Assembly (NCBI GenBank): GCA_019704295.1
Contig: AP024596.1
Coordinates: forward strand, 96,001 to 160,000
Length of the DNA: 64,000 nucleotides
Direction: 5' to 3'
From: Sulfolobales archaeon HS-7
Lineage (GTDB): Archaea > Thermoproteota > Thermoprotei_A > Sulfolobales > Sulfolobaceae
Both the position numbers and the translations under genes were made by a program. Shown one piece after another: positions 28,492 to 39,668 of the stretch. Within the stretch, counting starts at the first letter, position 1, and each line of letters starts with the position of its first letter. The notes beneath the pieces are model-generated. The model made no database searches, was not told the origin of the DNA, and worked only from the letters and a program-made list of their open reading frames with translations.

Positions 28492-30358
28492 TAATCAACA
28501 CCTTCTGTCCGCGTTTAAGATTGATATGAGTTATTCCTTCATATTTAGTTCCTTCAATCGTCATGCCGTTCTGAGAGTAAAGTAAGTACTCCCCATCATC
28601 GAGGGTAACACACTGTTCCCCTGTACAAGATAACCCCTTTGGCATAACATACACTCTCTTCAATCCAAATGGAATGAACTCCTTTAACGGCGATATGAGA
28701 AAATATTTAAATTCAAGTTCATTTAATTCAAATGAAATTCTGTCAGTTGATAATACTCTATCCTCAAAGTAGTCATAGGAGATCAAGTTTTCCTCAGGGA
28801 AAACCTGTCTCAGTTCTACTTCACCCCTAATTTTCCCTTCCATTTTAACGTTTGCGATCAGTAGTAAGGCTATTCCATTAGCCCAATTAATACCGACTAG
28901 GGGGGTATCCTCGTTATAGGGGTCAACAACGATGTCCCCTAAAGGCGTTAACAACGAATCTGGGAGTGCTAACTTTCCTTGGGGCAGAGTCAATTTCTCT
29001 ATTATATCCCTTCTACTCAATCCTGGAATATCTGTAATGTATACGGGACCACCAGAGAGGACTCTGAGCAGGGAATGAAACTCAGAATACCTATCATGAG
29101 TCATAAACATATCGTAATCCGGTATTCCGAAATATCTAGTTAAAAGGGAATTATATAAATTAAAAATGGCATGAAGCTTGGCGAAATCGGGCGAATTTGG
29201 AATGTAATCGTCACTATTCCTTATAACATGGGAACCGTAAAAGAAAAACATATTCTCTGGGTTCATTGCCATACAATCTATTATGGACATACCTAGTGCG
29301 CATGCCGCTCCATGTAATGCCAATTCGATGGATCTGGAGACTGAAACGGGACGACCTAGGTAGTAGGAATCAGTAACTAACCCAGATTGATTATCTACTT
29401 TTAGGAAGTCCACCCCCTCAGTTTTAAGATAACTTATATAATCTTGGAAGAATTCGAAGCTTCTTTTGGGATCTGGAATTAGTCTGTCCTTTCCCATTAC
29501 TTTCTGATAGGGTAAGTCTTTCGTTAATCCGTTCCAGTAACCCTGAATCGTCAACCATACGCCTACATAAGGTACATGTTTCTTAATTTCCGAGATCAGT
29601 TCTCCTAAGTCCCCAATTTTCTCGTTGGGGTTAAAGGAAATTAACTGTCCTTTTGCATCAACGTTCTGCCATCCGTCATCTATAAGTAACCACTTTGCAC
29701 CAAGGTCACTAATAATTTTTGCTGAATTAATTATTTTCTCTCTGTCTATCTTTTGTAAAAACGCGTTCCAGGAGCACCACCCAAGATAATCGAACATAGA
29801 GGGCTTATTCACAATCCTCTTCCCGAAAAGCCTTAGGGTAAGATCCCTCATGCAATTTTCTACAGGTTGTAATGGATCATCGCCAGAACAGTAATTACCG
29901 ATGAAGATTTTCTTGTCGAATTGATTTTCGACATTTATGTAGTATTCTAATCTAGAAATGGTAGAAATGTAAACTTGGCCCGCTCCTATAGTGAAGAAAT
30001 GGTATTTTCCCTTCGATTTTAATAAAAGATACTTCGTATTCTCCGGGGGTAACTGGCCCTGTTTAAGGAAAACGGGAAACAGCCATGGTGACGTCCCCCC
30101 TGCCGGAGAAGGATAACTAAACTTCGGAAGATTTACGTTAGATAACTTTCCGTCATAGGCAGAGCCCAAGATGTACGTCTTATTGTATACGCCTCCTCCC
30201 TCCAACATAGATTGAGTCGTATATGCAAGTCCCCTCTCAAAATTCACCTCGATTTTTACGTTGGTTGGAGTATCTACGTATAACCTGGTCACCTCGCCTT
30301 CTTTGACCGCTTCAATCCCGTAGAACTCGTTTTCGTTTATTGATATTTTACTTTCCAT
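28472..30358 (-). CDS. GH36 Sip1/raffinose-synthase-like alpha-galactosidase
   Basis: LGWCSWNAF, LIDDGWQ, FLKVDNQ, IRNSDDY, PDYDMF, SGGPVYITD. Confidence 0.88.
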   Translation of the reverse strand: MESKISINENEFYGIEAVKEGEVTRLYVDTPTNVKIEVNFERGLAYTTQSMLEGGGVYNKTYILGSAYDGKLSNVNLPKFSYPSPAGGTSPWLFPVFLKQGQLPPENTKYLLLKSKGKYHFFTIGAGQVYISTISRLEYYINVENQFDKKIFIGNYCSGDDPLQPVENCMRDLTLRLFGKRIVNKPSMFDYLGWCSWNAFLQKIDREKIINSAKIISDLGAKWLLIDDGWQNVDAKGQLISFNPNEKIGDLGELISEIKKHVPYVGVWLTIQGYWNGLTKDLPYQKVMGKDRLIPDPKRSFEFFQDYISYLKTEGVDFLKVDNQSGLVTDSYYLGRPVSVSRSIELALHGAACALGMSIIDCMAMNPENMFFFYGSHVIRNSDDYIPNSPDFAKLHAIFNLYNSLLTRYFGIPDYDMFMTHDRYSEFHSLLRVLSGGPVYITDIPGLSRRDIIEKLTLPQGKLALPDSLLTPLGDIVVDPYNEDTPLVGINWANGIALLLIANVKMEGKIRGEVELRQVFPEENLISYDYFEDRVLSTDRISFELNELEFKYFLISPLKEFIPFGLKRVYVMPKGLSCTGEQCVTLDDGEYLLYSQNGMTIEGTKYEGITHINLKRGQKVLINDNKVP

Positions 30359-32875
30359 TTACCATTTCACCTCTAACTCGTCACCTGGGGAAAGGGATAT
30401 CTCCCCGCTAGTTTCAACCCCGTTAACCTTCACGTTAAGTATAGGTCTCTCTGTAACAATTTTCCTGATCCTCAGGAAACCGCCTAGAAGTCTCAACTTA
30501 ACGTAGTTTTCTTCGCTGGTAAATTTCCCCCAAGCGTAGGGAAATGTAAATATCCACTCAATTTTCCTCTGGTTTCTTATTGTGAGTTCTCCAGACTCTG
30601 GATCATATATCATGTTGTTCAAAACTAAAGGTATTGACCAGGCGCTAAGAGGTCTCATATAATGCGCGCCCCACTCCTCATGATTCCAGAAATTCCCTCC
30701 CAATTCGTACCTTTCATAAACGTTTTTCAGAATTTCCTTAGCCTCGTCATCCATTCCCAAGTACATCATATGGGAAGCTACTGAGAATTCAATACCCGTC
30801 CAAGGAGTGTCTACCTGCGGAGAGGCTTTAATTCCAATCCCCTCATACATCCCGGAAAAATTAGGACGATAACCTGAGGGATAAGCCCCATTGAGGACGC
30901 CTTCCTCTTTTTTATAATTGTATTTAAAAATCGATCTTAAGATGGAAATTTGTTCCTCGTAGGGTATGGAGGGAGGGAGACCTGCTAAAATTTCCACCCA
31001 CTGTCCGAGCAACTGTGATGCCACGCACGCATTGTCTTTATTACCCGAATTGGGTTCATACCAATCAATAAGGTACTCTCCGTTCCATAGGATCTTTTTG
31101 ATTTTGTGGTAAGTCTCATTTAAATTCAAAATGTCCTCATTAAATTGAGACATTGCGTTAGTAGTAGCTAAGAGAAGACCTGATGTGAGTCCGGTCCAAC
31201 CAATCATTGTCCAATCGTCTAAAGTAGTTATGGAAATGGGAATAACATTAGGGGCTAGGAGCAGAGAAATGGGTCTAAACATTTCTAAATCATAACTTGC
31301 TGCGTCCCTCAGATTAGTTGCCATCTCTCGCATCCACTCTAGTCCGGAGGGAAGGGAATGGTAAGGCAATCCATCCTTTAATTGCGTCCTGAGAACAGAG
31401 TATACCCCATCTTTTGCCTCTTGATGAACTTTGTCTACTTCTTTACCGATCAACTTTCTGGCAAAATACCACATTAAATAGTATTCAAACCCCAGGTCTA
31501 TTCTCTGATAACCATCGACTTTTTTGTAAGTGGTGAAGAAGTGGGGGATTCTTCCCTCTGGATCCTTTCCTGTAACGTTTGTTATTTTATTAACTAAGGA
31601 GTAAATTCTTGAGAGTTCGGTCAATATAGTTGGATCCTTTTCTACCTCTCTTACGTATAACTCCCTATTTTCAGGAAACGTAAGCGAATATAAAAGCCAT
31701 GGAGGGGAATTCCTCTTTATTGAATGTCTGCCTATTTCCTCAAGGTAATTGATTCCGATTTCAGGAAAGAGGTTAATTATCGCAGGGAAAGCATATATCA
31801 TTACATCCACGGTATTTAAGGCAGTTCTCACAGGTCCTCCTGTATATGAGAAAGGTCCGCTTTTCCTCTCGTCAGCAGTGTTGTAATAACCCTCCCAAAT
31901 CCCGAAAAATCCATCCTTACCTAACCAGGTTGACTTAACAAGAGTAGTTAACTGAGAACCCACAAGATCCGCTATCCACCTATCTATACCCTTAGGATTA
32001 TACAGAACATCATGAAATGACTTGGTTTTTTCCTCTAACTCACGGAGATTTGCCTCTACATAGTTAGCGACTTCTGCACAATCCGAAAAGAAATTCTCGT
32101 AGTAGTGTCCTATCCTTTCTCCTTCTCTAGAATAGAATGATGGAAAATACCATGATAAGATGAAGGTTACTTGCTTACCTCTAGATTTGATAATACCCCA
32201 GTCCTGCTTTTCGCCATACCTTCGCTTAAGCGCTCCGTTTCTAAAATCAATCCACATTTCCCTGTGTTGAGAGGGATCCCCACTCAATGAGGATGGAATT
32301 ACATCACCTCCTATTGCCTTCACGCATAGGTTCCCCTTATACCGAGGATCATTACTGCTTACCTCTCCAGCGAAAACTAACCAATTCGAAAAAGTGTCTA
32401 TTTTCCCTTCCTCGAATGGATTCCTTATTCCCATCAAGAAATCGCTCGTCTCTTTTGCCTTTAACCTAAAGATGGCTACTGGTAAGGAAGAGTTCTTAAT
32501 GTCGTTAGGTATGAATGGGGAAAACGCTGTTAGTTCGTATTCATCCGAATTGAGAAACGCAAAGGGAAACTCTCCTGAAAATTCTACGCGTTTTATAGGG
32601 CGAAGCCATGGGAGGTTATAGGGATCTCCCCCATAGAAGTAGTTATAGGCCTGTAATATTCTCGGATTGCTCCCATTTACTGCAAAAAAGGAATCCATTG
32701 GTCCTAGAAAATACGTATTTCTTAGGGATTGGATATCAGCTATCCCTCCGTTATTGAAGATAGTCCATTCGTAAAGCCTTCCATCGCTTCTTACTTCAAT
32801 CGAACCTGTTCCCATGCCTCCTAAAGGTATTCCCGAACCAAGTGTATACGAATATACATACTTCATTACTTCCAC
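30359..32875 (-). CDS. GH116 beta-glycosidase (GBA2-like)
   Basis: SGIPLGGMGTGSIE, AFSPFIP.D.KNSSLPVA, FGIWEG, SQLLGQW, WTGIE, HYMRPLSAW. Confidence 0.88.
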   Translation of the reverse strand: MEVMKYVYSYTLGSGIPLGGMGTGSIEVRSDGRLYEWTIFNNGGIADIQSLRNTYFLGPMDSFFAVNGSNPRILQAYNYFYGGDPYNLPWLRPIKRVEFSGEFPFAFLNSDEYELTAFSPFIPNDIKNSSLPVAIFRLKAKETSDFLMGIRNPFEEGKIDTFSNWLVFAGEVSSNDPRYKGNLCVKAIGGDVIPSSLSGDPSQHREMWIDFRNGALKRRYGEKQDWGIIKSRGKQVTFILSWYFPSFYSREGERIGHYYENFFSDCAEVANYVEANLRELEEKTKSFHDVLYNPKGIDRWIADLVGSQLTTLVKSTWLGKDGFFGIWEGYYNTADERKSGPFSYTGGPVRTALNTVDVMIYAFPAIINLFPEIGINYLEEIGRHSIKRNSPPWLLYSLTFPENRELYVREVEKDPTILTELSRIYSLVNKITNVTGKDPEGRIPHFFTTYKKVDGYQRIDLGFEYYLMWYFARKLIGKEVDKVHQEAKDGVYSVLRTQLKDGLPYHSLPSGLEWMREMATNLRDAASYDLEMFRPISLLLAPNVIPISITTLDDWTMIGWTGLTSGLLLATTNAMSQFNEDILNLNETYHKIKKILWNGEYLIDWYEPNSGNKDNACVASQLLGQWVEILAGLPPSIPYEEQISILRSIFKYNYKKEEGVLNGAYPSGYRPNFSGMYEGIGIKASPQVDTPWTGIEFSVASHMMYLGMDDEAKEILKNVYERYELGGNFWNHEEWGAHYMRPLSAWSIPLVLNNMIYDPESGELTIRNQRKIEWIFTFPYAWGKFTSEENYVKLRLLGGFLRIRKIVTERPILNVKVNGVETSGEISLSPGDELEVKW

Positions 32876-32949
32876 ATGTCATTTCTTAATCTAAAGCCTA
32901 TTCGTTCCTTCTTATCCTTGCTCTCCTCAATTTTTGAATATATCCTGAT

Positions 32950-33700
32950 AGGGAGTTAAAGGGGGATGAGACAAGTCAGGGTAACCCTTCTTTATTTGGA
33001 TAGATAACAATGACGTAATTTTCTGCTAATGTCTGGTGTAAGATTTAGGTTCATGACTTGCGTTGATAAACGTTGGCGACGTAAAAGTCCAAGTTGAGGC
33101 TTAAAGTACACAACCTCCTTCGTTGGGCAGACATTTTCTTTCAAGAAGGAACGGGAAAGGCTCAAATCAAAACCAGTTAAGGCAACTCGCCTTAGATCTA
33201 GGGAACTGAGCAAGGAGTATGGAAAACTGCGCTTTTAGGTGGTGCAGAACATCAGATACTGCTTTCATGAAACAAGACAGAGGTTCTTCAGCAAATTAGC
33301 CAGTTTCCCCAAGGAGGAGCCTAAGCGGTACTACCTTGTCTACCCGCAGAGCAATTGGATACTGCTAAGCGTAAGGTGATAGGGAAGAAGAGGACAAAGG
33401 AGGGATCTCCAAAGAAGTCATTTAGGGTTGAGAACCTTATACTTAGCGGTCTTCAAGGTTCTTGTTCTCAAGGAATTCCCCTTGATTGAGTGGAGAGAGT
33501 TATCGTAAAGTTAGGCTATCCGATAAACTCTACATTTCATTCGTGATTAAGGGTTACTGTTTCCCCAAGTTCAGGAACATTTCCGGGACAGTTGCTCTGT
33601 GTAAGGGGGATAGAGAAGCTATTGACAACATCAGAGAGCGGGCATTCCCCTAACCTCAATCCCTATGACAATGACTTGCGGAAAGCGCCCGTGAAGTGAG
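32950..33700 (+). mobile_element. Heavily degraded IS605/tnpB remnant
   Basis: Broken frames; near 33610 reads CKGDREAIDNIRERAFP* (DRD..A..NI-like), SYRKV near 33500; IS-end-like GGGAGTTAAAGGGGG at the left. Confidence 0.45.
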
Positions 33701-33802
33701 CTTTTTAGATAATCATTATACTCCCCTAGTTTGAAGTTTAAAACAGTAAACTTACATGACAGGCTAAAAGGCGGTTAGCCGACTAATAAAACTGTAAGCG
33801 GG

Positions 33803-34612
33803 ATGAATGTCGTAGAGGTAGATCAAATTCAGAAGAGATATGGTAAAAGTATAGCTAATGAGGCAATATCCATGACGGTTAAGGAACATGAGATAGTATC
33901 AATTTTAGGTCCTAATGGTGCCGGGAAGACAACACTGTTAAAACAGATTTACGGAGAACTGGAACCCGACAAGGGAGAAATAAGAGTTTTAGGTAAGAAA
34001 CCCGATAACGTGAAAAAGAAAATTGGAATACTCCCACAAGAAGTTAGACCTTTTGGATATCTGACAGTGTATGATAACTTATACTATATAGGAAGGATAA
34101 AAGGGGTTAATAAGGGGATTTTAAAAGAAAGAATAGATCAACTAACTGAGACGTTTGAGTTAGATAAGAGGAAATACGCTAGGGATCTGTCCGGAGGTAT
34201 GAAGAGGAAGTTGCTGCTAGCAATGGCAATGGTTAACGATCCAGAGCTTCTGATCCTAGATGAACCCACCGTGGGGTTGGACCCAGAAGGCAGGAGGAAA
34301 ATATGGGATCTCCTACTAGATTTGAAGAGAAGCGGGAAAAGTATACTTTTAACTACTCATTACCTAGATGAGGCGGAGAAATTATCGGATAGAATCTACT
34401 TCCTTAATAAAAAGGTCTTATTTTCTGGAACTCCCTCAGAAATTAAGACAAAGTTTACCGAGTGGTACGAAGTTATTGATTATACCGAGGGTAGGGTGTA
34501 CAGGGTTAACGGCGATGAGGTTAAGAAGTTAGTAATGTCAATTCACGGTAAGTTTGAGGTGAAGATGCCAAGCCTTGAAGAAGTGTATTTGCAAGTATTT
34601 AAGGGTGAGTGA
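33803..34612 (+). CDS. ABC-2 type transporter ATP-binding protein
   Basis: GPNGAGKTT, LSGGMKRK, ILDEPTVGLD, TTHYLDEAE. Confidence 0.93.
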   Translation: MNVVEVDQIQKRYGKSIANEAISMTVKEHEIVSILGPNGAGKTTLLKQIYGELEPDKGEIRVLGKKPDNVKKKIGILPQEVRPFGYLTVYDNLYYIGRIKGVNKGILKERIDQLTETFELDKRKYARDLSGGMKRKLLLAMAMVNDPELLILDEPTVGLDPEGRRKIWDLLLDLKRSGKSILLTTHYLDEAEKLSDRIYFLNKKVLFSGTPSEIKTKFTEWYEVIDYTEGRVYRVNGDEVKKLVMSIHGKFEVKMPSLEEVYLQVFKGE

Positions 34613-35337
34613 GGATGTTTAGGGAAATATTCTATCTGGTAGCGATGCAGATAAAAGGGATTAAGAGCTATGCGATAGGTTACGTATTCTTCTCATTACT
34701 GTTTCCTTTGGGGTTTATGCTAGTGTTCGGGTCATTCCTCACAGGCCCTTACGTCATCTACATAATCTCCGGCACTATTACTGCTTATTTGTTTGTGAGT
34801 ACTTTCGGCTCAGTGGCCAATAACCTAGCCAATGAGATTGAAGGGGGCAGGTTTTCATTAATTATAGGAGGGGGAGTTAGGAGAGAGGTCTACAGCCTCA
34901 GTATATCGTTATCGCAAGTGATCCTAGATATTTCATCAATATTAGCCATTTTGGCTGTAGGTTTTTTAGTTTATCACTTACAGTTAAAGTCAATACCCCT
35001 GTTCGTGATCGCCTTAGGCTCCTCTATAATAATGTCTGCTACGTTCGGAATGGTGTTAGCTTCAATTCTAAAGAACCCATACGTGGTGAGCCAATACTCA
35101 ACTGTGCTCGGTTTTGCCCTGACTTTTTTCGCCCCGGTGTACTACCCATTGTCCTTCATTCCTTTACCCTTTAGGTATTTAGTCTTCCTGGAGCCTAGCA
35201 CATACGTTTCCCAAGCAATATACTACTCCATAGAGGGCAATCCGTATTCATTACTTTGGAGTTTAGCAGTGATCGCGTTAGCCCTTTTTCTTATTACTAC
35301 GAACAAAATACCCCGCTTATTAAAGGTAATCCAATAA
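34609..35337 (+). CDS. ABC-2 type transporter permease
   Basis: 6 TM, FAPVYYPLSFIP motif, GTGA overlap with the ATPase gene. Confidence 0.85.
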   Translation: MRMFREIFYLVAMQIKGIKSYAIGYVFFSLLFPLGFMLVFGSFLTGPYVIYIISGTITAYLFVSTFGSVANNLANEIEGGRFSLIIGGGVRREVYSLSISLSQVILDISSILAILAVGFLVYHLQLKSIPLFVIALGSSIIMSATFGMVLASILKNPYVVSQYSTVLGFALTFFAPVYYPLSFIPLPFRYLVFLEPSTYVSQAIYYSIEGNPYSLLWSLAVIALALFLITTNKIPRLLKVIQ

Positions 35338-35658
35338 TTTTTTGTATTTTTCCAAAATTAATAGGTACTTTTCGGCTACCTCTTGACCCTTTTCAGTTAT
35401 TAGTATAATCTGTTTGGGTCTACTGCTATCCATCTTGTACTTTATGTGTATCAACCCTTCTGCTTCAAGGGCCTTCAAGTTTATCGATAATGTTGACTTA
35501 TTTATCTCAAGGGCCTTAACTAGTTCGGTGAAGTTAATTTCTTTGAAACCAAGCAGTGCCAATAGGATTGTCAACCTGATGGGCGATGAGAAGATCGAAG
35601 TGGAGGAGATTAGCTTGAGAATCTCATTTAACTCCTTCGCTATCTCCTCGTCACCCAT
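35320..35658 (-). CDS. ArsR/MarR-like wHTH regulator
   Basis: RLTILLAL...FTEL..AL.INKSTLS.NL..LE.EGLI...ITEKG. Confidence 0.85.
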   Translation of the reverse strand: MGDEEIAKELNEILKLISSTSIFSSPIRLTILLALLGFKEINFTELVKALEINKSTLSINLKALEAEGLIHIKYKMDSSRPKQIILITEKGQEVAEKYLLILEKYKKLLDYL

Positions 35659-36244
35659 ATACCCTCACCAGGGATATTATCCCTGAAATAATCCAACTAG
35701 CCCCAAAGAATATTGATAATAACTGATTTAGAGGGATAAAGGGCAGACTTATTGCTGTAATAATTGCTATCCAGTCTTCAAACTTTAGTTGAACTTTGTC
35801 GTATAAATACAGATGAGAGAGATAGTATTCTAGGTAGATAAAAGGTAATATGTATTGTAAATAAGTCACTGAGTAAAGTACTGCTATTACAGTGACTGGT
35901 AAAAAAACTATTGAGATTACGTCAAAGGAAAGTTTGCCCAAGTTGATAAAGAAGGAGTATTTAGGCTTCTCGTCATTTACTACGTTATTCAGCCTCTTCA
36001 AAATAGCTGAGGCATAACTTAACTTAAATTCTACGTAAATACAGAAAAATATTATAGATAGAAATAGTACATCTTGGAGTAAGTTGAGGACCCAAGTATC
36101 GGAGTATAACTTGGTGATAACGAATACTACTGGGAAATATAGTCCGATCGATAAATATATTGTCGCTAAGTATTTCCTCATCCGCAGCGAATATATCCTC
36201 TTTAGCCTTATCTCAGTCTCTTTAACAATATCCTGGATACTCAT
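35651..36244 (-). CDS. Membrane protein co-transcribed with the wHTH regulator
   Basis: ~5-6 TM; overlaps the regulator start. Confidence 0.65.
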   Translation of the reverse strand: MSIQDIVKETEIRLKRIYSLRMRKYLATIYLSIGLYFPVVFVITKLYSDTWVLNLLQDVLFLSIIFFCIYVEFKLSYASAILKRLNNVVNDEKPKYSFFINLGKLSFDVISIVFLPVTVIAVLYSVTYLQYILPFIYLEYYLSHLYLYDKVQLKFEDWIAIITAISLPFIPLNQLLSIFFGASWIISGIISLVRVYG

Positions 36245-36425
36245 TAATGAATTATTCAGTAAAATTATTTAATATTTTTTGATAACGCCTGTATAGCAGG
36301 TGTGCAACTGATAAGGAACCTATCTTACTCTGCAACGACTTAGGACTCCTAAACCGTAGTTGCTCCAGTAGTAATAGTAAGTTCTACAATCACATTATCT
36401 ATTATAGGCATTTTACAAGGAGGGT

Positions 36426-36570
36426 GATTCAGGGTTAGTTTGCGAAATGTAATTTTTAACAAGATAGTATAATAATGTGAACTACTGAGTGTAAACTCCT
36501 ACCTTTTAGATGCGATAATATTAAATTGAATTCGTCGCCTTCATTTTAATAAACTGAATTCGAAAAGGAC
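36426..36570 (-). repeat. Dispersed repeat family A, degenerate copy
   Basis: GATTCAGGG..TGCGAAATGTAATT...GAGTGTAAACTCCTACCT...AATTGAATTC...AATAAACTGAATTCG colinear with 22087-22230. Confidence 0.65.
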
Positions 36571-36699
36571 CTTAGATTGGCCCGAACGTATTTTGACTCT
36601 AAAGAGGAATTCGTATCCCAGTTATTATGAAAAATATTATAAAATACATTCAAATATACTTCGGAATACGTTATTATCCAGAAATTCAATAAGGAAAAT

Positions 36700-37194
36700 A
36701 TGATCCTTAAGGCATTTCTGATAGGTTCCCTAATAGTGCTAATTGTAGGGATAATGTTTTTCCCTATATCCTTGTTTATAGCAAGTGAGGTGATTTATAC
36801 GCATGAAGGAAAATTTCTACTATCAGAACTTGGTGGTACGACATTTCAATTACCCATATCTTCTGGCGACAAAGTGGTGGTCAAAGGAAATTCAAGTTAT
36901 TACATCAAAGTTGTTCCAGAGGGATTAAAGCCGGATACTCCGAATTATTATAATGGAAGTTTCTCTTTAGTTTTTATATCAGGGAGGGAGGGACCTTACT
37001 CGATCACTTTTGAGGGAACATTTAAACCTGCTAACGTATCAGCAGAAATTCTTGTATACAATACCTCTATAACTCAGATTGGTTATCCTATCGGTGGTCT
37101 CTTTACAATTCTCGGCGTAATTTTACTCCTTTATTATAGAGTATTGAAAAACAGTTTCAGCAGGGCTAGAAGTAAACAAAATCTAGGGAAGTAA
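36700..37194 (+). CDS. Hypothetical protein, two TM flanking a small beta domain
   Basis: N- and C-terminal hydrophobic helices, N-glycosylation sequons. Confidence 0.65.
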   Translation: MILKAFLIGSLIVLIVGIMFFPISLFIASEVIYTHEGKFLLSELGGTTFQLPISSGDKVVVKGNSSYYIKVVPEGLKPDTPNYYNGSFSLVFISGREGPYSITFEGTFKPANVSAEILVYNTSITQIGYPIGGLFTILGVILLLYYRVLKNSFSRARSKQNLGK

Positions 37195-38028
37195 CAAACC
37201 CAACCCCATTATATCTAATTATGAATTCATTCTTTACATACTGAAGATGGTAAGTTATTAGTGAGGTTTGGCTACACCTCCTTGCCGTTAAGTTGTTCTA
37301 AGAAGTTAATGATTAATCTTCCTACAGGTCTCCTGATATTGACATAATATCCTTAGAAATCAGTAGAGATAAATATGTTTCATTTGTTATCTCCTCACTA
37401 GTAGTGTTTAGAATACTACTCTAAATATTTTAAGAATATTATATTTATCTTAAATTTTAATTCAATGGACTCTTGAATTTCTTTTAGGTTCATTCAACTC
37501 TTCTTCACCATTTCACTCTTTTTCCATAATTATATAAGAAAATTGACTAAACATTGAGTAACATTAATTGAGATAGACGTGAGGCAACATAATGGAAACT
37601 ATTGAATGATTGATTAAGGCCATTTAGACATCAGAAATATACACAATAATTTCTATGATTGAATTGTATTTATTTAGGTAAAATATTATAACCCATTAAG
37701 GGGTTAGGTATCGTTGATGTTTTCCTGGTTTGTAGGGATTTACTATCTGTTCGCTAAAAGCGATTGAAAATCCTCAAATTTCAATATTAGTTTTTCAAGA
37801 TATTACTCTGATTAGTTACGCGAAATGAAACCGCTTTTACTACTTACCATCTGAACGGTGTACAAGGAGTCTCCATGATCATTAGTTAGGGTTATTAATC
37901 ATAAAGATATGTTTAAAATAACTCGCGCAAACATGTTACTAAGGCTTTAGCTCAACGATCCATAACAGGTTCTCAACCTCACCTGGCTAGAATAAAGTAT
38001 TTCCTCATCTTTGGTATTATGTGAAATG

Positions 38029-39171
38029 CTAAGCACTTACACGGGTCTTATAAGGCTTAGGTTCTGGTAAATATAAATAGAGAGTAGACGCGGCAATCCT
38101 CATAGCTCCTATTGAAATGAGAAGATCCCTAATTCCGGTGTCAATTCCTAACCAATCTATAAAAGCAGACGAAAGAAATGCACCTATTGTAGAGCCTATG
38201 AGTACCGAGACTCCTATTATAGCATTGTAAAGTCCCAGAACTGTACGAGTATTTCTTGAAGAATCGTAAAGATAAGCGAGATATGCCGTTGAACCTATTG
38301 AATTGGTAACCCCAGCAACTAATTCTGCGCCGTATATTCCATATACTGAAGGAGATAATCCGTATGCTAGAGGAAACGCCGCTAGGCCTAATCTTCCTAA
38401 AAACATCATCATCTTCCTATTCTTATCAACTATAGCACCAATTCTATTCTGTAAAAGTAGAGTTGAAGACCCCCCTATTACGTTTATTATGGCTACCTGG
38501 AGGAAATTCATCCTAAATACGTCAACTTGAGCTAGGGGAAAAACAGGCCAAGCCAGGGACCACACTATGTAAAAGACGAAGGATACTAACATGAAACTTT
38601 TTACCTGCTTTCCAAAGGAGAATGATATTTTCTCCGTTCTCTGATAATCCACATCGAATTTAGTTCCTATCCATGCGTCGAATATATACAGTACTCCGCA
38701 AAGGAAGAAAAAGTACCTTACTAGGAATGTATCGTCTCCTATGATAAAACCAGTAATTAAGGTTGCGCCAAGTCCTCCTAGTGTAGAGTAGAAGGAGTAT
38801 TGAGCGAGAGTTCTCCCTCGAGCTGATGTGCTAACGCTCTCCATAATAAGATACCATCCATATGAAGAGACCCCTATTACAATTTCAATTACAATGTACA
38901 AAATTGTGAATAGGTTGTTGAATGGTGAAAAAGATAAGATTATCCATCCAATGCCTGCGAGTAAGGTTCCGAAAACAGTGAATTTCTTCCCGCTTATTTT
39001 TAGGTAACTAAGAAAGAATTGAACTATGTCTGGAAGAGCTGTACCTGCGGATGATATAAGACCTAACTGTTCTCCTAGTATCCCAGTAGAGGCAGCAACG
39101 AAGGATATAAAGGGTTGTACCAGATTAGAGGCGAAGTTCTTCATGGTAATGTAAGTCCTAAGTGGCTTCAT
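38029..39171 (-). CDS. MFS transporter
   Basis: ~12 TM, RGRTLA and GAIVDKNRK loop motifs. Confidence 0.85.
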   Translation of the reverse strand: MKPLRTYITMKNFASNLVQPFISFVAASTGILGEQLGLISSAGTALPDIVQFFLSYLKISGKKFTVFGTLLAGIGWIILSFSPFNNLFTILYIVIEIVIGVSSYGWYLIMESVSTSARGRTLAQYSFYSTLGGLGATLITGFIIGDDTFLVRYFFFLCGVLYIFDAWIGTKFDVDYQRTEKISFSFGKQVKSFMLVSFVFYIVWSLAWPVFPLAQVDVFRMNFLQVAIINVIGGSSTLLLQNRIGAIVDKNRKMMMFLGRLGLAAFPLAYGLSPSVYGIYGAELVAGVTNSIGSTAYLAYLYDSSRNTRTVLGLYNAIIGVSVLIGSTIGAFLSSAFIDWLGIDTGIRDLLISIGAMRIAASTLYLYLPEPKPYKTRVSA

Positions 39172-39239
39172 TATTATCCTGATAACTATAGCTAAGCCTA
39201 AAAGACTTCTTACCTAATTTATTGAATCATACTTCTTGA

Positions 39240-39487
39240 TTTAAGGGGAATTAAGGCTGACCTATCCATAAGGATAAACATCTACCTAAATTAGGAATTA
39301 TTAATGGAGTAGTCATCACCCAGATGACAATACGGAGCAGGTACAGTACACCTTTGTCGCATCAGACTACTACTGAGAGGTAGATGGACGGCAGTTATAT
39401 ACCCGAGATTCGAGTGACCTACTGTGCCTATGGAGGCCTTCTACCACTATCAGAGCTGTGAAGTGGGGATGCCTATCATTTAGGGCA
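39240..39487 (+). mobile_element. Possible IS605-derived MITE remnant
   Basis: TTAAGGGGAATTAAGG start; GTGAAGTGGGGATGCC...TTTAGGGC end resembles 50861-50887. Confidence 0.3.
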
Positions 39488-39668
39488 ATTCGAATCGCAA
39501 AAGATTAGCATAAGTTTACTTATTACGAAAATATTTCGATAATGCATTTGAAGGCATTGTTGAAGAAATTTCAATTTACTCCCTATCTAAAAAGGTATTC
39601 CACTTTTCAACTTAGGAGATTTTTTTCAAGAGGATACAATTGGAGAAAACTGGAAAAGTTCTGTTCTT

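Noticed and set aside
37200-37560. Possible minus-strand gene remnant (…YYVNIRRPVGRLIINFLEQLNGKEV)
   Set aside because: Multiple stops and no recognisable family
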